Assembly: GCA_041671125.1 (NCBI GenBank)
Contig: JBAZCA010000001.1
Coordinates: 200,120-264,119 of the forward strand
Direction of reading: 5' to 3'
Length of the DNA: 64,000 nucleotides
Source of the DNA: Patescibacteria group bacterium
GTDB lineage: Bacteria > Patescibacteriota > Patescibacteriia > Patescibacteriales > JBAZCA01
Shown: in pieces, positions 20,801-28,202 of the stretch
Layout: every line of letters begins with the position of its first letter
Position numbering within the stretch: the first letter of the stretch is position 1
Translations under genes and position numbers: made by a program
Notes under the pieces: generated by a model
What the model was told of the DNA's origin: nothing
Databases searched by the model: none
Seen by the model: the letters and a program-made list of their open reading frames with translations, nothing else

Positions 20801-23800
20801 AGAACAGAGCTACTGCTCCATAGGTGATGGTTGTGCCGGAGATTGTTGCCACGATAGCATTGCCGTAACCTGTAGAATTGTTTCTATAAGCAATAATGGC
20901 TTTGTCGGTACCAAGTGAAGCAATGGAAATGTAGGAAGTATTGCCGGAATAAAAGGTAACCGGCGTGCTATAGGTTACGGTTGACCCGGAAACCGTTGCC
21001 ACCACCGCTTTTCCATAATAACTATTATCATAATCCGAATAAGCCACTAGAATCTTGTTGGTGTCTATTTGGGTAGCATACATTGGACTATCGCCAGCAA
21101 CGCTCGCCCCCGTTTTCATCCTCCCCTGATCCTGGCTATCCTTGAAATCATTCAAAACCAACTGTTCCAAACTGTTGTAATCTTTCATCGCTTGTCCGGT
21201 CATTTCCCAACTGCCCGAAGCGATGGCATCGGTGTTGGAAAAAGCCGTTACCACGGTGGCGGTGATGGTAGTTTGGGCCGCCGGGTCGGCGTTGATGATG
21301 GCCTCTCCCCCGTTGCCGGTAATTCTCATCCCTTTTTTCACTTTGGCGTTGGTGTTCCAGTTGCCGCTGCCCAAAGTGAGCGTTACGTCTCCGGTAGTGG
21401 CGCTCGGAGTGAGGGTAGTGGAGTAGGCTAAGTTTTCTATGTCATAATTTGCTTCATCAGCGATATCCATATCCAAAGAATCATCTGTGTTGGAGTCTCC
21501 GGTGGCGGAAAGAGTGCTGACATTTTGCCAGACTGTGCCGTTGGAAACCCAGGCATCGGCAACGACATCGGTGGTGTTTTGTCCGTGATTGACATCCAAG
21601 TATCCGCCGGGAGCCACCAGGCCGGAGTTGGTGTAGAGGTCATAATCAGAACTGCCGCTACCGGAACCGATAGCCAGCCAACTGCCGCCGCTGTTTTTGT
21701 ATTCCAAAGTTCCACTGTTGTCCCGGATGCCATAGCCGGAAGTCCCGACGGCTGATCCAAAATTTAAATAACGGCTGGCTCCCGATAATATAACGTCTCC
21801 GTTAACGTCCAAAAGAGCCAAAGGTTCCGTCGTCCCGATGCCGACGTTGCCATTCTCGTCTATCTTTAAAGCTACGTCCGCGCCGCTTCCTATCGTTGTT
21901 ACAGCTCCGGCTACGTTAGGGGTGATGCTTAAATTTCCGGCGGCGCTGACGAGAAAATCAACGTAATGCGTCGCGTCATAACCTAGTGTGAGCTGGTTTC
22001 CATCGGAAGAAAAAACCGAAAGCTTTGAAGCCGGACTGGTCGTCCCTATCCCGACGTTGCCGATTGAGCTCATAAACAGGGATGAGGTGGCCTGGGCAAG
22101 ACCATTATCGTCGCCGACGATCATGTAGCCCTTGGCCAGGAAAATATCGGAAATGGCGTTGTACCAGTCATCGTCAACGTCCAGCTGATTTCCGGTCCAG
22201 GTTAAATGATTGCCGTCGGTAATCCGGTTGGACGGGACATCGTAGAAAGCGTTCCAGTTGGTAGTGGAAGCAGTCAGCGGTATATTGTAGCCATCGGTAA
22301 GAGTTAGGAGTCCGGTTCCGGTATCATAATCCAGTCCGGCCGCACCGTTAGTTAAAATATTCAAAGAAGAGGTGGCAATATCTTCCCAGCTCGCGCCGTT
22401 GTAGTAGATCAGTCCTCCATAGGCTACGCCGATTACGTCAACATCGGTCAAATCATCTAAAGTCGCGACCGCGCTGGAATCGCCCCAGTAAAGATTACCT
22501 AAACCGTTAGTCAGGAGCGACTGGCCCGTAGTTCCGTCCGCGCCGGGTAATGTCCAGACTATATCAGAAGTCATAGTGGAAGTGGCCTTCAGTCCGGCGT
22601 AATTCATTCCGCCGGTTCTTAATTCATAAAACCTGAGTTCACCCTGATTTTCTATGGCGGCGTTGCCGTTCACGTCCAAGAGAGCCAGTATCGGCGTAGA
22701 AGTCCCGATGCCGACGTTGCCGGAAATATATGCAGTGCCGTTTACGTCAAAAGTAGCATTATGATCGGCTGAATTGATTGCAACTTTTCCATTAGTATCA
22801 ATTGAAAAATCGGCATAACCGCCATCTCCATTCTTTCTTCCAATGTATAAATTAGTTGCTGATGAAGACAATGCCCCAACTATGCCTCCAGTATCTCCAA
22901 CCCATTCAAGAGCATTATTAGCCGCAGTTGTACTAAACCGAGAAGCAACACCTGAAGGAGCACTTACTTCTAGTCGGTATCCAGGACTCGTCGTCCCGAT
23001 GCCGACGTTGCCGGAGTTTAAAATTCTCATGGCTTCGGTCGCGCCGTTATCGCCAACTTTAAAAATCATATCCGCGCCGGTTATGCCGGTTACGGAAGTG
23101 GTCTGCAGGATCAGTCCGTCAGCCGCGTTAGCTCCGCCAATAAGAGTCTGGCCTCCCGATCTTCCGGCTAGCAGGGCGTATTGAAGATGATCGTCGGCGA
23201 TAAGGCCGGCTAAATTTGAATGATAAGCCAGTCCGGCAGGATTAAAATTATTGGAAAAAGCGCTTTCTACCGTATTAATGGCGGCGTTATTTTTTTGGAT
23301 AATAACCCTGCCGATTAAAACTCCGGCGCCGGTAATGGAGGGCGGAAGGTCCTGCGGCGCTCCTTCGGCTTGGGCGGCGGTTACACTGGCATAATCTCCC
23401 CGGCCGTAAACCGTGGACAGTTTAGGTATAGTCCCTAAAACTATATACATCCAATGAACGCCGTAGTTGCCGTCAGTCAAAGCCGCTAAACCGCCGTCGC
23501 CGTCATCATAAGAGGTGTTGTCAACCTGCTTTTCGCCTTCAATATGCGTCCAGCCTCCGGCGCCGTTCCGATAATGGGAATCAAAAACGCGATCAACCGT
23601 TGCTCCGGCCGCCGAAGTGTCAAAAGCGCCATGATCAATCCGTAAAAGCGAGTAGTAAAAACCGCCGGCCGAAACCAATAAGTAGCGATTGCTGTTTCCC
23701 AAAAGCGATCCGCCGCTAACATGAGAAAAAGGTTCGGTTTCATAATTTTTTCTCCGCAGTTTTCTGTTCGCATCAATATTTTGGTTCCGACCGTCTAAAA

Positions 23801-26800
23801 TAGACAGCTCGGTTCCCTCCCGGACAACGGTGTAGAGATGGCATTTATTAAGGCAGTTGTAATCGCTTGAAACCGTAGAAGTCTCTACCGCCGGATTGCC
23901 TGAATTATAACTTACAAAAATGTAGTTGGTGGTGTTGTCGGTTAAAGCTAAATTATTCGCCGCCGGAAAATCAACGCTTTTTAAGGGAGCGGTGTCGGAA
24001 GCAGAAGTCCGAAGCATCGCTTCTCCGGCGGAAATATCAACTGTCCCGTCGCCGTTATCGGTGATGCCGCCTCCGAAAACGACTCCGGCGCTCCAGATAT
24101 AATCATAAGCGCCGTTCAGGTTGGTTATCACTGACGGACTTCCAACCGTGGGAACTGCTACGTCCGAAAGGCTGATTGTCGTCCAGGCCGGAGCTCCCAA
24201 CCCGTCGGATTTAAGAAAACCCGCCGCCGCCGCCAGTCTGGACGGCAATCCGGACGCTCCGCCATAAAGAATATCCCCTAAAGCCGTCATGGGATTGGCA
24301 ATCAGCGTTCCGGTTAAAGGCAAAGTAAGAGTGGTATCGCCGATTGTGGTAAATGTAAGCGAGTTAGCGCCGAAGTTAACTGTTTTATTGTCTTCTCCGG
24401 CAAGAACTAAACTGTTGTTAACCGTAAAAATTTTTCCGTCAGCGATCGTTAATGTCGCGCCGCCGGACGGAGCGGTAATAGTAATTTTGTTATAAGTTCC
24501 TCCGGTAATGTTGCCGTCCAAATTAAAATTTCCGCCGACATAATAGCTTCCGGTTGTCGTCGCGTTCCCGCTATGATAAAAACCGCCGTCAAAAAAACTG
24601 TCGCCGACAACGCTAAATCTTCTTGACGGCGTCGTCGTTCCTATGCCAACGTTACCGCCGTCCAAAATCGTGAACACATTGCTCAATCCGTCATATAAAT
24701 CAAGGATGTTTCCGGCGTCGTTTTGGGTTATGGTGAGCGCCGAAGCGGTAGAAGAAGCCGCGGTTATCGCGACCGTCCCCCCGTCATTAATTACGAAACG
24801 ATCAGTTCCGTTATCTTTAAACTCCGCCAGCCTGCCGGTTCCATCGTAATTTAAAACAATGGCCGGCGTTGCTGAAGCGCTGTTTATCGTCATCTGCCGG
24901 CTGTTTATAACTATCTCGTCAGTTGTTGAAGCATAGCCCAAGGTTAAAAGGCTATTTATAGTATCAAGGCTGATATTATTTCTCGTCCCGTCGCCGTAAG
25001 TAAAAGCCGTCGTTGAGGCCGAACTGCCGCGGAGCGCTCCGGCGAGGTATATATCTCCGGTGAGAGTCGTCGTTCCGGTCCAGCTCGTATTGCCGGTTAC
25101 AATAAGGTCACCGGTTATGGAAGTATTGCCCGTTATGCCGACATCTCCGGCAATAGTTGTCGTTCCGGTAAGGGTGGTATCTCCAGTAACGGCAAGATTG
25201 CCGGTAAAAGCTGAATCACCGGTTGTATTAACGCCCGCCGTAATGGTGATTATGTCGTCAGTCGTATTAACCGAAAAAGTATCGTCCGTCCCGTCAGACA
25301 CCGTTAAAGCGGAAGTGGAAGATTCGCTTATTGTCAAAACATTATTTATGGCAACGGCGCCGCTTACGACAAGGCTTGATCCAAAAGTCGCGCTTCCGTT
25401 TATATTCGCCGGGCCGTCCGTGCTTATTCCGCCTTTGCCGGACGATAGTCCGTAAGCGCTCATAAGACCGCCGACGCCGAGCGACGAAAAGAATGAGTGG
25501 CCGGCGGAAAAAGTTCCGTAAACATCAAGGTTGCCTCCGACTATTTCGTTGCCCTGAATATAGGCGTCTTTTAAGACGGTTAACTTTTCTCTCGCTGTTA
25601 TGTTGTTGGCGTAAACATCATTTAAATTCAGGTCTCCGGAAAATTCCGCCGCCCCCTCTACCCGAAGAGAATTGACTGACAGGGCGCCATGCACGTCCAT
25701 ATCATCTTCAACAGTAAGATTGCCAAAATCGTTATAGATCCCCTTCCTGAAATCCGCCCCTTCGGCCGAAACCAGCCCGCCGTTAAACCTGGCTGTTTTT
25801 CCGACGACGAGGTTGCCGTCAAACTCGGCATTGCCTTTAACTGAAACCGCTATTTTCCCCGGCCCGGGCTTGGCGTTTACTTTATTTGCCCATAATCCCC
25901 CGCTTACGTTCAAGTCCCCTTTAACCGTATTGCCGGTTATAACCCGGGTAACCGAAATAGCCGGGCCGTAAGTTTTTGACTGCGACGGGACAGCCGCGAT
26001 TTTTTCTCCGGCCACGTCCTGCCTGCTTCTTTCGGTATCACCATCAACAAAAGCGGGCTTGCACTGCGTAGCTTCAGCGAAGCAGTGTTCAAAATTTTTG
26101 TACAGGGTATTTTCCGGATAGTTGTAAACCTGAGCGTACTCCAGGGCGAATTTTTTCTTAACCTTATCCGGGATAATTAAATCCAAAGTCCTGGCGTAGA
26201 TATCTTCAGCCGACCAAAACGACCGGCCGGATTCGCGAGCCAGGTACTTTCCGCTTAAATCTTTGTAACGAATAATTGAACGGTTGGTATTTTCCAGGTT
26301 TTCGCCCAGTCCGGAAAAAGCTTTTTCCGCCGAGACCGAAACCCGGGCCAAGCCGTCCATCGCCCCGATCGCGAGGTTGCCGGCGGCGATTCCGGATTTT
26401 AACAGTATTCTGTCCAGTCCGATCCGAATATTCCCTAAAGCGGTTTTATTGCCGTCCGCTATCTTCTTTGGATTAAGCGCGTCCCCGGCTCGGGCAATAC
26501 TCTCAATAGCTTTTCCAGCGGACGAGTTAAAACCGTCTTTTGCCCCGCTTAAAGCTCCTGCTATTTCACCGGCGGTTTTTTCCGAAGTAGCGCCAAGGTT
26601 GTTTTTAGCGGCGCCCAAGGCTTCGGCTGCTTCTTTGCCGGTTTTCGTTAAATTATCGCCAGCCGAATTTTTTGTTTGCTTAAGGCTTTGCGAGAGAGTG
26701 AATGACATTTCATCCGCGAGCGGGGCCGGATTAAGCAAAGCCTTTTTAGAGTCAACTGAACGGGCGATTTTATTAATGCCGGATTTCAAAGCTGATGAGG

Positions 26801-28088
26801 CGTTATTCATCGCTCCGGAAATATTCCGCGCCGCGCGGGAAAAACTTCGGGCTATAACAGAGGCTGTTTTTTCCTGGCCGCCTTTTAGTCCGGCCGCCAG
26901 TTCTCCAGTCGCGCGGCTTAAAGCTGTTAATACGCTTTTTGTCCGGCTAGCCGTAATCGCGGCAAGAGCGTTAACCCGGCTTAAGGCGCCCCCGGCGGCT
27001 GAACCGGTCAAATCAGCTGATTTTTTTCCGGCGCCGGTTAAACTATTAAAAACTGACAAGGCAATATCGCGTCCTTTTAAGCCGGCATCTTCGGTCATGC
27101 CGACGGTCTTTTCAGAAGCGCCCGAAATGCCTTTTGAAAGAATGCCTACCGCGTTTCGGCTGTTTACTCCAACCGCTCCGGCGATCTCCTTTGCTTTGCC
27201 GGCCGCCTGGCCGGAAACATCCGCGGCTTTTCCCGCGGCCAATTTGCCATCAGCGCCAAACTCCGAAACCGCCAAGCTGGCGGTATTACTCAAATTTTCT
27301 CCGGAGCGAAAAACCAGACCGGCCATATCAGTTGTTTTTTGCTTTGAAAATCCGGCGGAGCTTTTGGTCAGTTCTCCGGCGCGGTTAACAGCTTCTTCCA
27401 CTTCCCTAAACCCGCTAAACGCCAGCCGGGAAATTCCTGAGGCGTCAAAGCTAAAATCAAAGTTTCCGGCTAAAAGAGTCGCGCCTTCCATAAAAGAATT
27501 GATTTTTTTTCCGACCGTTTCGATTCCGGCTTTAGCCAGCTCTTTGCCTGGTATAATTTTATCTTTGGTAATTTCTTTTAAACCCCGGGCAATAGCTTTC
27601 TTTTCACTTTCAAGCCGTTGGCCGTATTCTTTTACCCCGTCCAGGTTCAGCCCGAGCGCCGCGCCGCGGAAAGAGCGGGCAACGGATTTTCCCATTCTTT
27701 CAAAATCGGCGAATACCTCGGGCGAGTAGCGAAAAACCATGAAAAAAATAACCGCCATTATCACGGCCATGGCCGGAGACTGGATATTGAATATTATTTT
27801 AGGACCGGTTATCCCTGATTGCCCGTTTCGCGCGGTTTCCAGAGAACGCTCATCCGCCATAGTTTTGGCCTCAACGGATTTTTTCTCCTGGGCATGGCGT
27901 TCCAAATATTCATTAAACCACTCCCGGGTGGTAAAAAAGTTCCGGCCGACGCGCCTGGCTTTAAGGCTTTTTCTCTGGACTAAAATAGAAAGATAGGCCG
28001 CGCTATAGGGGCCCTCTTTGGCAAACTGCCGAAGCGGTAAAAGCTTCTTTAAATCTTCACTTTTCTCTTCATTCCTCTGGACAAGCAT
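11133..28088 (-). CDS. Giant (5651 aa) single-pass membrane protein with a cytoplasmic HTH and a fibrous extracellular region (beta-helix, tail-fibre-like repeats, duplicated 1463-aa module, lectin-like C-terminus)
   Basis: One uninterrupted ORF whose stop lies 16 nt upstream of the start of the 2979-aa gene. About 16 copies of the motif (S/G)GN(V/I)GIGT(T/S)xP...L(D/S)V are present. Beta-helix-like repeats include ..TGNLAVTGDTTLTGTTTIAGDVGITGNTSITGDLIVTGNTSWTG.. See the sub-features listed below. Confidence 0.85.
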   Translation of the reverse strand: MLVQRNEEKSEDLKKLLPLRQFAKEGPYSAAYLSILVQRKSLKARRVGRNFFTTREWFNEYLERHAQEKKSVEAKTMADERSLETARNGQSGITGPKIIFNIQSPAMAVIMAVIFFMVFRYSPEVFADFERMGKSVARSFRGAALGLNLDGVKEYGQRLESEKKAIARGLKEITKDKIIPGKELAKAGIETVGKKINSFMEGATLLAGNFDFSFDASGISRLAFSGFREVEEAVNRAGELTKSSAGFSKQKTTDMAGLVFRSGENLSNTASLAVSEFGADGKLAAGKAADVSGQAAGKAKEIAGAVGVNSRNAVGILSKGISGASEKTVGMTEDAGLKGRDIALSVFNSLTGAGKKSADLTGSAAGGALSRVNALAAITASRTKSVLTALSRATGELAAGLKGGQEKTASVIARSFSRAARNISGAMNNASSALKSGINKIARSVDSKKALLNPAPLADEMSFTLSQSLKQTKNSAGDNLTKTGKEAAEALGAAKNNLGATSEKTAGEIAGALSGAKDGFNSSAGKAIESIARAGDALNPKKIADGNKTALGNIRIGLDRILLKSGIAAGNLAIGAMDGLARVSVSAEKAFSGLGENLENTNRSIIRYKDLSGKYLARESGRSFWSAEDIYARTLDLIIPDKVKKKFALEYAQVYNYPENTLYKNFEHCFAEATQCKPAFVDGDTERSRQDVAGEKIAAVPSQSKTYGPAISVTRVITGNTVKGDLNVSGGLWANKVNAKPGPGKIAVSVKGNAEFDGNLVVGKTARFNGGLVSAEGADFRKGIYNDFGNLTVEDDMDVHGALSVNSLRVEGAAEFSGDLNLNDVYANNITAREKLTVLKDAYIQGNEIVGGNLDVYGTFSAGHSFFSSLGVGGLMSAYGLSSGKGGISTDGPANINGSATFGSSLVVSGAVAINNVLTISESSTSALTVSDGTDDTFSVNTTDDIITITAGVNTTGDSAFTGNLAVTGDTTLTGTTTIAGDVGITGNTSITGDLIVTGNTSWTGTTTLTGDIYLAGALRGSSASTTAFTYGDGTRNNISLDTINSLLTLGYASTTDEIVINSRQMTINSASATPAIVLNYDGTGRLAEFKDNGTDRFVINDGGTVAITAASSTASALTITQNDAGNILDLYDGLSNVFTILDGGNVGIGTTTPSRRFSVVGDSFFDGGFYHSGNATTTGSYYVGGNFNLDGNITGGTYNKITITAPSGGATLTIADGKIFTVNNSLVLAGEDNKTVNFGANSLTFTTIGDTTLTLPLTGTLIANPMTALGDILYGGASGLPSRLAAAAGFLKSDGLGAPAWTTISLSDVAVPTVGSPSVITNLNGAYDYIWSAGVVFGGGITDNGDGTVDISAGEAMLRTSASDTAPLKSVDFPAANNLALTDNTTNYIFVSYNSGNPAVETSTVSSDYNCLNKCHLYTVVREGTELSILDGRNQNIDANRKLRRKNYETEPFSHVSGGSLLGNSNRYLLVSAGGFYYSLLRIDHGAFDTSAAGATVDRVFDSHYRNGAGGWTHIEGEKQVDNTSYDDGDGGLAALTDGNYGVHWMYIVLGTIPKLSTVYGRGDYASVTAAQAEGAPQDLPPSITGAGVLIGRVIIQKNNAAINTVESAFSNNFNPAGLAYHSNLAGLIADDHLQYALLAGRSGGQTLIGGANAADGLILQTTSVTGITGADMIFKVGDNGATEAMRILNSGNVGIGTTSPGYRLEVSAPSGVASRFSTTAANNALEWVGDTGGIVGALSSSATNLYIGRKNGDGGYADFSIDTNGKVAINSADHNATFDVNGTAYISGNVGIGTSTPILALLDVNGNAAIENQGELRFYELRTGGMNYAGLKATSTMTSDIVWTLPGADGTTGQSLLTNGLGNLYWGDSSAVATLDDLTDVDVIGVAYGGLIYYNGASWEDIATSSLNILTNGAAGLDYDTGTGLLTLTDGYNIPLTASTTNWNAFYDVPSNRITDGNHLTWTGNQLDVDDDWYNAISDIFLAKGYMIVGDDNGLAQATSSLFMSSIGNVGIGTTSPASKLSVFSSDGNQLTLGYDATHYVDFLVSAAGNLSITPNVAGAVTTIGSGADVALKIDENGNVGIGTTEPLALLDVNGDVILSGASRYLNFGSAVGTSGYGIRDNSGTLEYKNSGGSWLAIGSGSGSSDYDLYTNSGLVAPGGYLDVNHGQNTTDVVADAWVSNGTVWQNVSTLSATGDSNTDDSLDMDIADEANYDIENLAYSTTLTPSATTGDVTLTLGSGNWNTNAKVKKGMRITGNGGEAIINADPAAQTTITATVVTAFSNTDAIASGSWEMTGQAMKDYNSLEQLVLNDFKDSQDQGRMKTGASVAGDSPMYATQIDTNKILVAYSDYDNSYYGKAVVATVSGSTVTYSTPVTFYSGNTSYISIASLGTDKAIIAYRNNSTGYGNAIVATISGTTITYGAVALFSTVMSTAYISVAQLGTDKAIIAYDNSSNYGNAIVASVSGTTITYGSAVQFSVVATYISAAQIGTDKALITYAGASSYGNAIVATVSGTTISYGSAVAFKSVATSFVSVAPLGSDKAIIAYQAGGAGYARVASISGTVVSYGTEATFNSASSQSVSSAPLGADKAIITYRDDGDSSYGHAITASVSGTTISYGAESTYFSNYTYYTAVAKSDTDKALVIGAYNAGVSTGRVASVSGTTISLGADEPFGYYYDTDYFYFSAAQIDTDKVLVAYQGAFGAGFVKVGTVSGSTVTYGAPVSFYTAAAEYISLVKLDTNKALIAFKASSSTGSAVVASVSGTTVSLGATVAFNSTYTIYVSAAPLGTNKAIIAFADNVDSYFGHAIVASVSGTTITYGAETIFNSGANTLYISATQLTTDKALIAFSPSASYYGYAIVASVSGTTITYGSAVNFNAAATYYNSVVKVDTDKAIIAYSDTGDSAYGHAITASVSGTTVTFGGETTFSDAAITQAPALTSPGSNQASVVYWQTGGNIYVKNLAVNGTTLSADDEGLDLGSMYDGYGGSYPAAAYANDHSLYYISLDSSNYGANVHLIENQFSPIDSLYITATTDTNQLDSSYWTNINSIAATETTNGETIDYAVSYDDRATWKIYDNTDGDAGWRPIARNNSGTWQYNANTATGLTSVTWTAATTNTQAGALDQAMQVTANQMTGTEMNALTDAQQESSGGYAVGSTETLDFAVGMETTTGLTPAVNGITVTYEQSQYQLRIQDSNTVRFYNNSADTVTARIAVSLNGSGSSAGYWAQATGGINYAGGNVGVNTAIPLALLDVNGKIAFGSGSAADPGLAFRSDLNTGLWSSGADTLNFSTNGLERLRIDSSGNVGIGTTSPTARLSVKGDGTNPIFNLFDGAGAEKITVLNSGYLGIGTTNPDYELDVNGDLGINQFIHHNDDTDTTLSFDDNRFRGYIGGKYLLDLYKGAQDYVKLGDGTDVDINLNDKLFVEGSSGNVGIGTTSVSAYKLNVAGTLNATEIYSNGVLLSPGTGSNWSVSGADIYRTAGNVGIGTTDPNYELDVAGDINISGNYYVNGALLTAGMGGSGTIGYLPKFGTATTLADSVLFDNGGNIGIGTSTPSHTLDVNGNLGIAASGYFNFGSIDGSDGYGIRDNSGTLEYKNSGGSWLALGSGGVDSDYQLYTNSGLVAAGGYLDVTHGQNTTDVVADAWVSNGTVWQNVSTLSATGDSNTDDSLDMDIVDESNYDLDNLAYATTLTPSATTGDITLTLGSGNWNDNAKVKKGMRITGNGGEVIINDDPAAQTTITATVVTAFTNTDPIASGSWEMTGQAMKDYNSLEQLALNDFKASQDNGKIKTGVYFTGSTNYISAVQISANKVLVAYAEYGYFGTAVVATISGSSVTYGTPVVFNSTRIDYVSVAKIDTDKAIITYQDTSADTLGKAIVASVSGTTITYGTEAQFNGATTILISATQLTTDKAIIAYRDSDTFGKAIVASVSGTTITYGAEAQFNAATSEISATQLTTDKAIIAYKEDSDGYGKAVVASVSGTTITYGAEAQFNTSFSYISATQLTTDKAIIAYRDSDNFGKAIVASISGTTITYGAEVQFNGTDTTYISATQLTTDKAIIVYKDSDTFGKSIVASVSGTTITYGAEASYFSSIVGFTAVGKADTDKALVIASVNGSNNSTGRVADVSDTTISYGADEPFSYSLYTSSYPVSATQLSSDKVLIAYAGTTAGYAVVASVSGTTVTYGTRVSFNAGASMLGISTAKLSTDKAIIAYFESAGSYTGKAIVASVSGTTITFGAAAIFNSSTYTNTPYISVTQLTTDKAIIAYKHYDAFGYARVASVSGTTITFGTQAQFNGTDTSYISATQLTTDKAIITYQDSDALGKAIVASVSTATITFGTETQFNGTASTHISATQLTTDKAIIAYRDSDTFGKAIVATASGVNVSYGTETTFNSAATYFPAIAAYNSTDVGVAYKSSGSNYYYLNLAVSGTNITIDAKNPIDLGAVYSTTLGSLAITYFPNNKLAYVNVGNGNYGLNIHVFESIFSPIDSLYITTTTDTNQLDSSYWTNINSIAVTETTNGETIHYAVSYDDRSTWKIYDNTDGNAGWRPIARNNSGTWQYNANTATGLTSVTWTAATTNTQAGALDQAMQVTANQMTGTEMNALTDAQQESSGGYAVGSTETLDFAVGMETTTGLTPAVNGITVTYEQSQYQLRIQDSNTVRFYNNSADTVTARIAVSLNGSGSSAGYWAQATGGINYAGGNVGVNTAIPLALLDVNGKIAFGSGSAADPGLAFRSDLNTGLWSSGADTLNFSTNGLERLRIDSSGNVGIGTTSPTARLSVKGDGTNPIFNLFDGAGAEKITVLNSGYLGIGTTNPDYELDVNGDLGINQFIHHNDDTDTTLSFDDNRFRGYIGGKYLLDLYKGAQDYVKLGDGTDVDINLNDKLFVEGSSGNVGIGTTSPGYKIDVISTATGVPSARFTGADTSSGIRLDTTFSQVDSRNWFIGANSTAYGDFAIKTSNALAGDPIAAGTTRLLIDKSGNIGIGTTSPSAGLHIGSAASGKNVKIANGYLCVDNNDTCTGATVAGTVYAVGAYATGADYAEYFKTADSDLKSGEVVCIDITRENGVKRCDRGADNNVMGIVSTQPSIVGNNSKEIALNPSGYAIVGMLGQVDAFVSAENGPVRVGDSLTSASSTPGYAMRAEGGDSTVGIALESKLEGTGKIKVLISRRNKSLAVEEVEKLVSDRVADMAIEDEVNRLIASAVEQLNLDSKIGEIVDPKLFMLSTELTVTTDDLTSKIEELRIKNYELRDEIFNFSAVAKALADAQLSMINNFSIINNQTLLLSDQWLVVNGRLDELASSTAEILDNRRDGRFGADGGATVTIITSATTTEVAIMEIKTASTTAQTAFIVNQIGSGDVADFKSGEVSIMNITSGGKVAIVGELEVDGRILVCSSGACSSRLDEKVDDTLGDLGVEGKVVAGAYEGYCDEGFTWIPGSAEYGTLPGFCVMVKLANENGSETNLANIVDNSYPVWTGISQGEADIRCQSLGQGYHLMSDSEWLTIADNIIRAEGNDIDPNIYGLQLATSTAANLAESASSTPFILTNGNMIYELAGMGEWTRGIVNQEDMPLAGAGGWEEYGNVFSYKSLGNIRPPYYMNDTDNGIGKIITGESSDKVRGFVRGENGIYSLDLSHAPHEAMDDVGFRCAK
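12580..12990 (-). other. Tail-fibre / pre-neck-appendage-like C-terminal segment (possible Peptidase_G2 or intramolecular-chaperone type)
   Basis: ..GAYATGADYAEYFKTADSDLKSGEVVCID...VMGIVSTQPSIVGN.. This was recognised from memory of phage fibre proteins and was not HMM-verified. Confidence 0.35.
13386..17400 (-). repeat. Large intragenic module, copy B (C-proximal). The upper bound is approximate.
   Basis: 13386-14324 is identical to 17775-18713 by direct comparison; the first mismatch is at 14325/18714. Similarity continues at a lower level through the repeat array and the ..GYGIRDNSGTLEYKNSGGSWLA.. segment. Confidence 0.9.
14760..16710 (-). repeat. Array B: 13 tandem units of about 48-49 aa, several nearly identical at nucleotide level
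   Basis: The anchor GCTTTGTCGGTGG recurs (with G or A immediately 5-prime) at 15912, 16059, 16206 and 16350, giving spacings of 147, 147 and 144 nt. Peptide units read ..GKAIVASVSGTTITYGAEAQFN...ISATQLTTDKAIIAYRDSDTF.. Confidence 0.85.
17775..21790 (-). repeat. Large intragenic module, copy A (N-proximal). The upper bound is approximate.
   Basis: Collinear with 13386-17400 at a constant offset of 4389 nt (1463 codons, in frame). Confidence 0.9.
19150..21095 (-). repeat. Array A: 13 tandem units of about 45-50 aa
   Basis: The unit consensus is roughly G.A(I/V)VA(S/T)VSGTT(I/V)(T/S)YG....F......Y(I/V)S...L.TDKA(I/L)IA(Y/F). Thirteen (V/I)SG(T/S)T cores were counted. Confidence 0.8.
27726..28088 (-). 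other. N-terminal excisionase/MerR-like HTH (about aa 15-65) followed by a single TM helix (about aa 104-121)
   Basis: ..LLPLRQFAKEGPYSAAYLSILVQRKSLKARRVGRNFFTTREWFNEYLE.. fits the HTH_17-type pattern. The TM helix reads ..SPAMAVIMAVIFFMVFRY.. Confidence 0.55.
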
Positions 28089-28202
28089 GGGGAAAATTTT
28101 TGAGAAAAAACGATGTTAAAAAATTCTATTTAATATTAGCTATTATTCTGACTCTTTAATTATCAAATTATTATCCTGATATCGCTGTCTTACTTATCCA
28201 CA

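Noticed and set aside
26284-27729. A 481-aa plus-strand ORF, the longest non-annotated ORF in the track
   Set aside because: It lies entirely antisense to the A/G/K/S-rich low-complexity part of the uninterrupted 5651-aa ORF. Its A/P/S/F-rich composition is what that codon bias produces on the opposite strand. It has no start context and no recognisable motifs.
11133-28088. Prophage or phage tail module
   Set aside because: The fibre-like motifs are embedded in one cellular membrane protein with an N-terminal HTH and TM helix. No capsid, terminase, portal, baseplate or integrase genes flank it.
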